NCBI GenBank assembly: GCA_012295275.1
Contig: CM022671.1
Location: forward strand, 19,344,001 to 19,408,000
From: Chrysomallon squamiferum
Taxonomy: Eukaryota > Animalia > Mollusca
DNA: 64,000 bases
Direction of reading: 5' to 3'
In this document: piece after piece, positions 11,601-24,475 of the stretch
Layout of the letters: each line of letters opens with the position of its first letter
Numbering within the stretch: position 1 is the first letter of the stretch
Made by a program: the position numbers and the translations under genes
The notes under the pieces: model-generated
What the model was told of the DNA's origin: nothing
Database searches by the model: none
The model's input: only the letters and a program-made list of their open reading frames with translations

Positions 11601-14600
11601 TTTAGAAACTGAGTTAAATTAAGTTAGGTTTGATTTGCTACATTTAGCTATGAAACAGACAGGTATCTTTTTGTACTATATATATCACTAAACAAAATGT
11701 CTGAACAAATGATTTGGTATTGGAAAAATGCTTTCCTCAGATGTGATTAGTTTTGGAGATTTCTTTCAGAGAAAGGAAATTTAGATAAAAAGATTAGTTT
11801 TGAATTTTTATTTTTTCTAATCATCCTAGTAACAGTTTTGATAAAAACAGATTGTTATCTTCATTCATATAAAATGATTTTATTACAACCATTATTTGTA
11901 ATAAGTTAGAAAATGCTGTAAAGGTTTTGTGCATGAAACTTATGGTAAAAGCACAGAATAAACAAAACTATCTTTTTATGATTATCTACAGAGATCTTTG
12001 AAAAGTTTTTGCAAGCCTACATTGAGCAATTCAAGTACAAGTCTATTGATTCCAACCAGTGGAAGAACTTTCTCTTTTCTCACTTTAATGATGAGGTAAA
12101 ATAAACCTGCATGTGTTTTTTGTAATTATGTTAATTATTTAATGTGATTAAGTTACACTTAATGTTCCAGTGATCCTAACAATGATATTTTTTACCTCAT
12201 TAAGTATCTGTCCTTAGCTACTACATGAATATCTTGCTGTAAATTAGTGATTTTCTGTAGCCATTTATGTTTATTTGGAATGCATATATAATAATATTGT
12301 TACTGATTTTGGCATTCCTAATTTAATATTTTTCTACCATCTTGTTTTAAAGAATAAATTGTTAGCTTTCTGTAATAAGTGTGTGTGTGTGTGTTAAATG
12401 AAATTGGACTTCAGGTAGAAATTACTTTAAATGTACATTATGTATATGTGACATTTTACATATATATATATATATATATACACATACATACATACATACA
12501 TACATACATACATACATTCATACATACATAGTCACACATTATTATTTTAGGCTACAAAGAAAAAACTGGAGGCTGTAGACTGGAATACTTGGTTTTTTGG
12601 CACAGGAATGCCACCTGTTAAACCTGAGTAAGTAAATAATTCATATTAGGTCTGATAACTCTGATGTTTTTGTTCTTTTTGTTTTTATTTATTTTTTCAG
12701 TCTAAATCAAGTTAAGCAACACCAACAGTATTTTCAGATAGCATTGATGGAAGAGGTTAATGAAATATTTAGAAATGATTACAAAAACAGCGCATAATAA
12801 TAATTGTTTTTGTAGAAAAACCCCCAGAAAAAAGAGAGAAACATTATTCATTTATAGTAGTTTTATAAACTCCGGCCAGAAAACCAAAACAAAAGAAATC
12901 CAATTTTGTTATAACCAGAAATGTTTGTATTAGTCCTAAATACAAACTCCTGCAATTTCAGCACTAACCATATATTTTGATTAATTAGTATCTTTGTGTA
13001 AATATTTTATGACCACTTTTTTCTAAGACATTAAAAGATAATTTTAACCATTAATCATGAAATTCTTATTTATCGTTGAAGTTGATATTGATGTTTAATT
13101 GCAAAAGTTTGAACTGTGGTAGAAGTAGACTGTACCCAAGCTTGGTATTGTTCAGTGTATTTAAGTTTTAATTTTAACTTACTTCAGGTATGACACATCA
13201 TTATTAATCCCAGCAGCAAAACTCTGTGAAAAGTGGTTTGAAGCTACTGAAGAAGACTTGTCACAGTTCACCAGTCATGACTTGCACGCCTTGTCTTCTC
13301 TTCAGGAAAGAGAATTTCTTAGTCTTCTGCTTCAGAAGGTTATTTATTATATCAGATTTATTTATTTTTTTTTAATTATTATTATTTTTTTTTTTTTTTT
13401 TTTTTGTATATTAAATTTTCTATTTATTTATTCATTCTTTTTTATATTTATTGTTATTTATTTATTCATTTTATTCATTCATTCATTCATTTATTGAAAT
13501 TAAGTTTTTTTTTTCTGTAGTATATTATAATGTCCATGTATATATTTTTAATATTCCCAACTAAAATAAAGAAACTCATTTATTTAGTATTATTTTCAGC
13601 ATTTATTATTATTATTTATTTTTTTTGTTCATTATATAATATGATTTTCATTATTTTAACAGTATGTGTCAGGATTCTAATTTAATAGAATTTAAATTTT
13701 TTAATGTTTTGCTTTATAAAGCCTCCATTGCCTGTGTACAAATTAGAAAAAATGGAACAACTTTATAATCTGAATGTTGTTAAAAACTCGAAAATCAAAT
13801 TCAGGTGAGGTCAAAAACAGATTATAAATGTGATCATTGAAATATTCCAAAATACTCAAAAAATCTTAAGCATTAAAACATTGCTACGTGAATTCATTAC
13901 ACAGTTTTAGAAATAATTAAAACAGGTATATCTTGTCTCTTAATGTTACTTTCATTCCAGTTAATATTAATGATCAAAATTTAGATGACTTTATAGATGA
14001 CATTTAGGATGTATTTAAATAGGGTAACAAATGGAAAAATAATGGATTTATATTTCACATGTAATATTATCATGACGAACATTCTGTTTAAAATATATTT
14101 AATATGTAATAATGTTTTGAAACAGTTAATAATTGTATGGAAGGATTTATAATGTCTATGATGAATAAAGTGGATAGAAAAATATGTTTTTAAACTAAGC
14201 TACGTTTATGTTTTAGGTGGATACGGCTTGGTTTAAAAGCCAAATGGACTGAAAGCAATTGAACAAGCTTTAAAATTTGTTAACCAGCAAGGGAGGATGA
14301 AGTTTGTTCGGCCAATTTACAGGCAATTATGATAATTTTTAACTATTCCAAAAGATTTTAATAATAATGAAAGATTACAAAAACAAGTATTAAATTATTA
14401 CTTTGTTTTCAAATTCTCATCTTAATTGTTTTGGTATAATTTAAAAAAAAGAAACAAGTTGTACCTAAATAGAGTTTTTTTTTACAGCTCCAGTTAGATT
14501 TTTAAAACTAATAACATATATAGATTTCAATTTAAAATAAAGTAATAACAAAAAGGTGTATGTAAAGTTGTAGTTAGAAATGTCTACTAAATTCATAGTA

Positions 14601-14761
14601 AATATTATTTAACTTTTAATTATGTTATTTCTCTTTTCAGAGATTTGTACAACTGGGAGGAAGCTCGGAAACAGGCAATAGATAATTACAAATATCATTG
14701 TGATGAAATGCATAATACAACAGCATCTCTTGTGGCCAAGGACCTCAAGCTGAGAAAATGA
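5691..14761 (+). CDS. LTA4H: Leukotriene A4 hydrolase / M1 aminopeptidase, copy 1 (16 coding exons; +1 frameshift in exon 15)
   Basis: Exons 5691-5852, 7433-7572, 7924-8035, 8287-8355, 8901-9049, 9321-9393, 10091-10231, 10577-10671, 10935-11049, 11260-11401, 11992-12095, 12551-12627, 13188-13338, 13722-13804, 14217-14322, 14641-14761. Motifs: YLFSQCQAIHAR, PCQDTP, GGMENP, HEISH..WLNEG (HEXXH-18-E), VPYEKG, QGRMKF. Length is ~612 aa once the extra A at ~14254 is removed; as written there is a TGA at 14260-14262. Confidence 0.95.
6561..6722 (+). pseudogene. Degenerate copy of LTA4H exon 1 within intron 1
   Basis: Reads [22 protein letters not shown] +1 indel followed by a -1 indel keeps the length at 162 nt, with in-frame stops in between. 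The flanking TTCAG and GTAAGT are retained. Confidence 0.88.
9850..10030. repeat. Degenerate ~52-bp tandem repeat (3-4 units) in LTA4H intron 6; counterpart at ~42490-42670
   Basis: A recurring AATGAATATCTCTTTCT...ATCT(G/A)TTTT..GATTCT(A/G)TCATTA motif. Confidence 0.6.
12460..12530. repeat. Compound (TA)n-(TACA)n microsatellite in LTA4H intron 11
   Basis: Directly visible. The (TACA)n part is essentially absent at the matching site in copy 2 (~45280-45325). Confidence 0.85.
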
Positions 14762-16134
14762 TTCCACTCTTTTCTTAATATACAACTCACAGTTCAGTGT
14801 AGCTGATTCAGTACATTTTACTAAAGTAGTGTTTGGTTTGGATTTTTGTTTTCTTTAATTTCTATTGCTTTACGGAATATTTTAATTACTTTTCATTTTA
14901 TATGGAAATATAATATATTAGTATTTAAATAAAGGGAAAAAGGTGAAATGAATTGATCTGTAATTATGGAAAAAGGAACAAGACTGAGATATAATTCCAG
15001 TTTATATTTGTGGATATAAACCATAATGGTTTTGTTTTGTCTTTTTATAATAATTTAGTTTTTTGTTTTAATTGGAAACTAACAGCTATTTTTAAATTTG
15101 TTCTGTTAACAATTGTGATATTTTCTATACACAAATCAATAATTTGATTTTATTTAAATTTTAATATTATGAATTAAATAGAAGATTTTGATTATTTTAT
15201 AATTAGAACCAAGTGAAGATGTTTTTTTATTTTAATATTTTTAACTAAATAAAGAATTGGAAATTTTAAATAAATAAAAAAAAATGTATGATTTTTTAGT
15301 AGTTTGTGCTAAATAAGTTTATTGTGATACTTTTAACCAAATAAGTTGATCGCGTTAATATGTTTAACTAAGTAAAGAGTAAACCAAAGAAACTTGACTG
15401 TTGTATTATAATTTATTTTTAACATTTTTAACTTGGAAGCTTTATTATTATTTATTTAATTTCAACATGCATATCAAGTTCATTATTTTATTATTATTAA
15501 AAAAAAATAATAATCTCATAGATCAAAGAATTATAATTGTTTAAAGTCATCAATAAATATGTTTTGTATTTGTTTTGTTTGTTATTTATTAATGCAGTTA
15601 TTTTTGTTTTGTTTCTGTTAAAGAGTAAAATAATCCGATCAGGATAAAAACAACAACAACGATAAAAGGTTTTTCAAAAATAACAAACAGCTATTTCAAA
15701 GTTAAAAACACACTGGATGACGTAGTCATATTTATTTATTTATTTATTTATTTATTATTATTTTTATTATTTTTAAAATTATATTTAATTAATATAAAAC
15801 CGGACTTATTATGATGTTATAATTGTTAAAATATTAGCATATGATATCATCTTTACTGATTCAGTTTAATATTTGGTTAATAACTAAGTTTTGAATAACT
15901 TAAGTTTCATGAACGATCGAGCATCATAGATGAAATAAATATAAAATAAGAAATATTTTAGGTATTTTTTTTTATTAGTTTAATTTAATGACACTTTAAA
16001 TTATAGACTATTATATGCTATTGTATATTATTTGTCCAGAATATTATTTTTTTTTCTAATGAAATATGTTTTTTACTTCACAGAAGTTACTAAAAATGTT
16101 GTTGTCATTATTTTATTTGTTTATTTAGTGTCTG

Positions 16135-17246
16135 AAGTGGTTTGAAGCCACTGAAGAAGACTTGTCACAGTTCACCAGTCATGACTTGCACGCCTTGTCT
16201 TCTCTTCAGGAAAGAGAATTTCTTAGTCTTCTGCTTCAGAAGGTTATTTATTATATCAGATTTATTTATTTTTTATTTAATTTTTTTTTTTTTTTATTTG
16301 TTTATATTAAATTTTCAATTTATTTATTCATTCTTTTTTTATATTTATTGTTATTTATTCATTTTATTCATTCATTCATTCATTTATTGAAATTAAGTTT
16401 TTTTATTTTAATATTTTTAACTAAATAAAGAATTGGAAATTTTAAATAAATAAAAAAAATGTATGATTATTTTAGTAGTTTGTGCTAAATAAGTTTATTG
16501 TGATACTTTTAACCAAATAAGTTGATCACGTTAATATGTTTAACTAAGTAAAGAGTAAACCAAAGAAACTTGACTGTTGTATTATAATTTATTTTTAACA
16601 TTTTTAACTTGGAAGCTTTATTATTATTTATTTAATTTCAACATGCATATCAAGTTCATTATTTTATTATTATTAAAAAAAAAAAAAAAAAAATCTCACA
16701 GATCAAAGAATTATAATTGTTTACAGTCATCAATAAATATGTTATGTATTTGTTTTGTTTGTTATTTAATAATGCAGTTATTTTTGCTTTGTTTCTGTTA
16801 AAGAGTAAAATAATCCGATCAGGATAAAAACAACAACAACAACGATAAAAGGTTTTTCAAAAATAACAAACAAGATCGGCTGTGAACAGTTAAAAACACA
16901 TTGGAAGACTTAGTCATATTTATTTATTTATTTATTTATTTATTATTATTTTTAAAATTATATTTAATTAATATAAAACCGGAGTTATTATGATGTTATA
17001 ATTGTTAAAATATTAGCATATGATGTCATCTTTACTGATTCAGTTTAATATTTGGTTAATAACTTAGTTTTGAACGATCGAGCATCATAGATGAAATAAA
17101 TATAAAATAAGAAATATTTTAGGTATTTTTTTTCTTAGTTTAATGTAATGACACTTTAAATTATAGACTATTATATACTATGCTTTGTCCAGAATATTAA
17201 TACTAAAAATTTTGTTATATTATTTTATTTGTTTATTTAGTGTCTG
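16135..17246 (+). pseudogene. Partial duplication of the LTA4H 3' region: exon-13 fragment plus intron start fused to a second copy of the 3' flank
   Basis: 16135-~16400 matches 13231-~13510 ([36 protein letters not shown] and its donor). ~16400-17246 matches ~15225-16134. It is absent from unit 2, where 48931 reads straight through GTGTCTGTAAGTAC. Confidence 0.9.
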
Positions 17247-20200
17247 TAAGTACATGATTGTGTATTTGTGTGTACATTTGAAAAATTACCAAACTTTTAA
17301 GATCTTCGAATATGGATTCGCTTTATCCAAAATTTTCAAGAGGTAACTATTATTGGATAATCAGTAGTTAAAATAATCATTTAATTTATTTTTCAACCCA
17401 TATAAATAGACAGATAGATAGATTGATAGACAAACAATAAAGACAAAATATTAGAAGGCTACTTATTCCACTGTTAAAACGTTACGTTTTTATAATGGGT
17501 GGTGTCATTACATACTGATTTGTATATAAATATGTTAAAAAAAAGTCTACTAAATTTTATTGTGACCACGATCTTTCAAAGACGCAGTCACACGGTCAGA
17601 CATGTTTAACGTCATTACTGAAGCAAAAAGTAAATATAAAGGACAGTACAGTTTAGTGACTGTTAAGAAAAGTGTTATCTGTTTAATGGTATGTTTGTGT
17701 TAATGATTATTTACCCACTGTAGAAACACAAATATTTAAGATACTAGTACCCTGAATGAAGTTGAGAAAATAACATTAAAATGTACTATTGATACCACCT
17801 GTTATGCAAAAAATAAACTTGAATAAAGTCATTAATATGTAGTATTTGTTTCTATAGCATCTATGTTGTGAAATGTATGACAGTGTGGCTTCTGCACTAA
17901 GAGAGTGAGGTTACCACACAAAATGTAAATCTTCTGATGCTAATGACGGGACAGAGTAAAAATTGGAGTATTCCATATGAAAACTGTAAAACTTTTCTGA
18001 GTAACAACTCTTTGTTACTTAAAGCTGTCTGCCACTTTTCTGTCATCTACCTAAATTTGATCATGAGATAAACTAACACCCAAATACATTACCATTTTTA
18101 TTGTTATAAGCTTATTATGCCAAGACTTTTAGGAGCTGGTCGATAATAATCTTCACATTGTTGTTGACGTCAACTAGGGTATCAGCCTTGCTAATGTTTA
18201 TCACCAACAGTGGTTGATACTTATGTCGGTCCGACAATAGATGGGGAGTGGACACTTACACTGACAAATTGTAACTTAAATGTATTTATGTTTCCTATTC
18301 TATAAAGGTCAGTATATAATATTTTAAAAGTAATTAGTGGGGAGTTAGTGCTAGTTAGACACTATTGGGAGCTTTCCTTAGCACTGGGGACTGTGTGGTC
18401 ATGTGGCTAGAATTTAAGGGGAGACATTCCCGAGAGCAAGATGTTGCACTCTGGCCTTTGAAATTTCAGGAGCTTAAACATTTGCTAGTGAAGGTAGTCA
18501 TTTTTATATTTGGTTAATAGTGGTTTCACATATGTGCTACAGATCAGCAGTTAATTTAGGTTTATTGCTTTCTTTTTAATAATTCTACTAAAAGGGGATA
18601 ATTAAGGTATATTAAAGATAAGACAATAATTATTTTTTACTTGTGGACTTTCATTTATTTTTAATAGGCTTGCACACAATTTATTAAATGTCTTGGCATA
18701 ACTTTAAGTAACAGTGCTTACAATTTATAATAATTTAATGGGAACTGTATTAGTTTTCACATGAAAATTTATTTAAAAATAAACATGACTGAGATACTGA
18801 ATATTTTCTCAGTAAACACAGCCGATAGCCAATAATCTGGTGTCAGATAGGTGTTAATTGTGTTCCTACAAAAGACAACAGAACCCCTGCTGTTACATAA
18901 ACAGTGGAATTAAAATTCAGACTGAAGCTAATTACTTTTGTTAAAGATTACTTTTAACATATGAAACTGACATCAATTAGGAGTGAATGGACTTCAAAAA
19001 TTTCTGAACTGATTTAATGATCACCTATTTTATATTGTTAGACCATTTCATTAGTATCAGACTAAGGGGGACTATATTAATGGCATTAGAAGTTTCATAT
19101 TATGTGAGTTCTGCTTGAACGTATGATTATGATGGTATGCATTAATATGGATAGGGAATATTGAACTGTAGCAGTTTTACTCATGGATAACTCCTCACAG
19201 AAGCCTTGACTAATGAACTTTGACAATTGATATTTTTAATATTTAAATGCATATAATGGACTTCCCCTTAGGGTTGATCGTAACGAACTGTATATTGATA
19301 TTAATATTTGATTATATGTTTGTTGAATATATTCATATATAATTATTTTAATTTTTATCTAAACATCAGGGTTTTTGTATTGATTTGAATTTTGGTTCTG
19401 AAGCTGGAGAATCTTTATTATGATTTGTTTTATGAACCTGGTCAGTTTGTCCTCCTTGAAGGCGCAAGAGTTACAATGTTGTATATGTTAATATTTCTAT
19501 ATGAGGGTTTAACCTAGTATTAAAGCACTTTAATTTGAAAACTTGTCTTGGCTGTTTATTCATTAGACATTGATTTTATGTAGTCAGTAACTAGTGAATT
19601 ACGTACGAATATATATATATATTTAGTAATTATATTATACCAACGTATAGGTCTCACTTGATCCGCTTCCCTACCCCGTTACATATGGAAGACAGAAAAT
19701 ATAGAAAAAGAATGACTACGTGAATGTGTGCATATATTTATAAGTGAGATCATTGTGGTTATCAATAAATATATGTGATAAACTCACTTAGATTTATATA
19801 TATATATAAATCTTCAATATTTACATATAATTCGATAGATATTTATTTAATATCAAAACAAATTTAAAGGAATATTGTAAACAATATTTCAGTAAGTGCT
19901 TGTATTTTCACTGCAAGGCAAAGAGAGAGAAATAATAATAATAATAATAATAATAATAACCAGTAATTACAACTGTTTAGTGAAAAATGTATGAAATTTA
20001 ACTTCTATGCAAAATTCACCTGAGGAGTTATTATAGCAGGACCAAACTCACTGAATTCACCTATTAGACCATTTTACACGAGCCAGCATCCTGGCAAATA
20101 TTAGTTATCAGTCTTAGCTTGATCTGACATCTAAAGAGCATCCTAAAATTTGAGTTGAAATGAAATTTAATATACATGAATGCGAATTTACGAAAACATT

Positions 20201-20559
20201 TTACTGGATTAATATAATGACATCGTGACTAATACAAAAGACCAGTTAAACATAGATCTTTAAACAAGGTTTGACGATACATGCACATGTTTCTTTAATT
20301 TAAACATTACTATATAGTTGGGTTTTTTGTTGGTTTTTTATGGGTTTTTTCAGCATTTTATGTTTTACTTTGGCCAAAACAGAACAAGTGAAAAAAAAAA
20401 AAAATAATAATAATAAAGAGAAAACCCATGCTTAAAACAAATATCGATATACCTTTCAAAACAGTACCAACAGCATTGTGTATCTGAATTTTCAAGAATG
20501 ATCTTAATTATTTTTTTAAATTGTTTCTCATAAGCAAATTCACATTGAAACCGATTATT

Positions 20560-21090
20560 ATTGTACAGATGACCACGTTTTCTGGACCTCGTTCATCAGA
20601 AGTAAGGGCAGACCGGCAGCTCTTCTCACCCAGGTTTTCACGGCATTATCATTCTGGTACTCTTCAGCTAGGCATTTCTGCTGGGTCTTGCGCCAAATGG
20701 AGAAGTCTCAGTTGATGTTCAGTAGAGAAGACAAATCATCTTATCTGTGTTGCCATCATTGAATAACAAAAATCTCTTGCCATCATGTGTTTGCGACCAC
20801 GGTTCCTGCAGATCGACGTTTTGGAGTGCCTGTGGAGAGTAGGCATCATGGTTCGTCGCTGTTGGTACATGGAACTCTTGAGACTGGGAAAAGTGGGGAT
20901 TTCGGGGATGTCTTGGTTGCTTTCCTTCATCATCTCAGAGTTCATGATCTGTTGCATAGCTGTTGTTTCGGATCGTGCTCTCTTTCTCATTGTACTAACC
21001 AACTAAAAGTTTCATTATTCGGAGGATGGACATGACCTAACAAAATCAGCAATTGTGGATGCTTTTTCAAATTACAGTCCACCTGGAAAG
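20560..21090 (-). mobile_element. Decayed Mutator-like (MULE, FLYWCH-associated) transposase remnant, internally deleted
   Basis: Frameshifted minus-strand pieces: GHVHPPN (FLYWCH end), MRKRARSETTAMQQI...PTFPSLKSSMYQQRRTMMPTL, VDLQEPWSQTHDGKRFLLFNDGNTDKM, VFSTEHQLRLL, then directly IWRKTQQKCLAEEYQNDNAVKTWVRRAAGLPLLLMNEVQKTW. Order and motifs match animal MULE transposases (recognised from memory, no search run). It forms a GC-rich island in AT-rich surroundings. Confidence 0.8.
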
Positions 21091-23949
21091 TGAAATATTT
21101 CAAATTTCTATTAAATGTTTATGACTAAAAATATTTGATTAATAATACTATGCCTATACTATCGTCATATTTCCCCACTGAAACAAAAATATTTTTGCAT
21201 TATGCTACCTTACTGCTGGAATAAAGGATTGTTCTTTTTTTCAGAAATATATTTAACTAAATCAGTTATGGGGTAAAGACTGAAGTGCGAAATAATTCAC
21301 ATCAAAGACTAGCTCTTCCATTTAATTATACAAGATCACTGAACAGTCTTTGTGCATTTAAATTTTTTTATAACTTCTGATTTATGCTTGATCATTGTCA
21401 TTATGGATACAAATTGTGGTATGTTTCTGAAGTTGTAGAAGTACATTGTGTAGCTGATTTTCAATTATACTGTAATAACCACGGTCATGTTGTAAATTAA
21501 AAACCTCAATATATATATAGATATATATATATATAAAAATCCCAAAACTATTTTCTAATATCCTTTTTGCAGATCAGTTCTATCATGCATAGATTAGGAG
21601 ATATAAACATTTAAAACTGCACAAGGACTTTAGACTCTTTATAATAAGCTTAAACAATTTTAATAAAACCAACAAACAAAATATGATTGTTACCATGGAT
21701 TATTGCTCAGTTACAGTTTACTTTGATGGTAAGAACAAACGGCTGGATTATATATATATATATATTGAAATGAAATGAAATTACTTTAAAAAATGATATT
21801 CATATTAGTTTTGTACCATGAAATGTGTCTGTGAGCGCATTAACACAGTCATGTACAAACTTTATAACCGAAAAAAAAAAAAAAAAAATGAAAAACCCCT
21901 CGATTATGCATTGATAAATACACTCAAGTTTGTTAGTATTTTTATCTTATGGAAGACAAAAAAAAAATAAAAAAATAGATTCAATTATTGTTATAATGAT
22001 CACAGCACATACAGTCAAAGGTAAACTTTAATAAAAGCATGACATCAGCAGAAATTAACTATTTAAACAAGAAATCAGAATAACATGACTTCAGTGATTT
22101 CTATGTATACATAAATATAATTATTATTAAAATCGTAAAATATCAATAAATGTCATTTTGCATTACATTTCTAATATATATATATATATATATACAAATA
22201 TAATGAAAAAAAAAAAAGATAACTACATTAGAAAAGCCACACCAAAAATGTTATGGCATTCAAATATATGAAGAAATTCAGTTTTAAATATTAATTAACT
22301 ATTTACAAATAAAATCATTTATTTTAAAGTTAAAAATGCTACACACAGTAAATATGTTCAGAAAGAATAGATGTACATAAAAGAAAGGCATCCGAAGTAA
22401 TTACTATAACTACTTGAATTTAAAATAAATATAAAATAAGCAATGTATTCTAATAAGGCACTTTATAAAGTTCCCTGTGCTCGAACTTTTAGGAGTAGTG
22501 AAACATTGTGAACAAAATTTGAATAAAACAGAAAATATCCACCTGTGTGTCATTTACAGTTTTATTTTTACATTATCAACTTCAAGTGTATTAGAACTAC
22601 TTTCAGCAGTTTTTTAATAGACTGATGTGTATATATTTGTGTTGGCATGCGGGCATGTGTGGATTTTGTTGTTTTTTAAATCTATTGATATTTAAAATAA
22701 ATAATACTGTTTTTTTTTATAATTCCCTATAAAAATATTTAAATACTATTGATGAAAACTCTTTTCACCAGTTTAATTTGTTTCCATTGAGTGTTTATCA
22801 TAAGGTGACTACACTTAAGACAGGAATAAGCAATCCTTGAAAATAATATGCATAACTGTGATAAATATTTTTGATATAAAACTCACATTTGCAGAAAATA
22901 TTTTTTGTTGTTTTTACAGTTCTGACAGTTAGACAACAGTAAGTACAGAATTAAAAAACGAGCTCATACAAAATTAATTAAATATATATCTTCCAAAGTT
23001 ACCTGAAAAAGACTACAAATGAAAATAACAATGATTTGAAGTTTGAATTTACATAAACATGTGTTAAGATATTTCTTAATACAGTTTATATATTTACATG
23101 ACTATACAGAAGAGGGTAATGTTATGTTCAAATACAAATGTTATCATATGTCAAGTTGGTTATTTTTCATTGAAATATTTTGTCAGATTGAAATGACCAA
23201 ACAAATATGAAAGAAATGATAAAAATACTGCAGTGCGAATTAAACTGTTTAATATAACAATGCTTATTTCTATAAACATTGAGATTAAAACGTTTTTAGT
23301 ATTTTTTTTATTAGAAATTAAAATGTAAATTTAGATATTTAATGACTTAATTAATTTTCTTAATGTGTTGAAAAACAGTAATTTGTAACGCAACTAATAT
23401 GTTTAATTGAAGTTGTCATAAAACTTTATCATGGACTGTTTGTACTGAGTTAAATATATATAAATCATTTACAAACTTCTATACAAAATACAAAAACATT
23501 TTCTTTTTTTGTTCTGTATTACTATGAGTGTTACATTTAATTGTCACTATCATAAACAAGTTAATATTATAGCTGTATGTAAAAATAAAAAGTCATGGAA
23601 CTGATGGGAAAAAAAAAGCCTACCCCCCAAAAAAAGCCCAGATAAACAGCAGCAACAAATGAACAGAAACCTCCAAATCTGTGAGTCATTAAAAAACAAA
23701 AAATAAATTAGAATTTGTCCACAATGATGGAAAGTATTGCATAATGATTTTAATTAATTCCACATCTTAAAAGATGTCGTGTAGTAAAATATCATAAACA
23801 TATAAAATTAATTATAATTCAATTCAAAATAATTGTTTGATCATACTGGATTAACTGGACTTCTCTGTGAGGCTAAAAGATCCAGACATTTTTACATTAT
23901 CAGATTTTATCTCCAATAGTGAAAACTTCACAAACCTCATACTAAATAT

Positions 23950-24390
23950 TATTGATCAATTAACTGTCAGAAATTATTATACAGCTTTAATCAATCACTT
24001 TACTTGTATAACAGTCATCAAGTGTTATACTTGTTTTACTAATATCAATCACTATATTTCTGTGATTGTCATCAATAACTATGCTTGTGTAACTATCATT
24101 AATCACTATACTTGTACAACTATCATCAGTTAGAAAATACTTGTTTAACTGTCATCAGTTACTATATTTTTACAATTGTTGTCTGTTAGAATAGACATGC
24201 ATAATTGGCACCAGTCTCTATACTTGTTTAATTATCATCAATTACTATGTATAACTCATCAATGACTTTGCTTGTATAATTATCATCAATGACTATTCTT
24301 TTGGAACTTATAATTGAATGTATTTTGCATGACAGTTATCAGTAACTGTATCTGTGCAACTATGTATAACTGTCATCAATGATTACACCT
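23950..24390. repeat. Degenerate 27-bp minisatellite downstream of the TRPV-B stop codon
   Basis: Unit ~TCAATCACTATACTTGTATAACTGTCA. It gives the 9-aa periodic ORF (INHYTCITV) at 23867-24133. Confidence 0.85.
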
Positions 24391-24475
24391 CTAAATTTAA
24401 ATAACTTAAAACAATAAGGCATCCTTAAACCACAGAATCCTTTTCTTCTGTTCCACCATGAAGAGATATAATGGA

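Noticed and set aside
14928-14933. AATAAA as the LTA4H polyadenylation signal
   Set aside because: The position is plausible, but the hexamer is ubiquitous in this AT-rich DNA and cannot be singled out.
16577-16801. Phe/Ile/Leu/Lys-rich short ORFs in introns and flanks (also 2414..2599, 27163..27381, 46170..46400, 62464..62667)
   Set aside because: These are low-complexity translations of poly-A/T and (AAT)n tracts.
19420-19520. LLEGARVTML resembling a PIF1/Helitron helicase motif
   Set aside because: The match is too short, bounded by stops, and no other helicase motifs were seen.
20521-21035. Plus-strand ORFs (MFATTVPADRR..., MCLRPRF...) as a novel small gene
   Set aside because: They are explained as the antisense of the GC-richer MULE remnant.
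23867-24133. Cys/His/Tyr-periodic ORF resembling a repeat protein
   Set aside because: It is the product of the 27-bp minisatellite, has no ATG start, and the repeat continues out of frame with stops.
23950-24390. CRISPR-like regularly spaced repeats
   Set aside because: The context is eukaryotic and the units are contiguous and degenerate, with no unique spacers and no cas genes.
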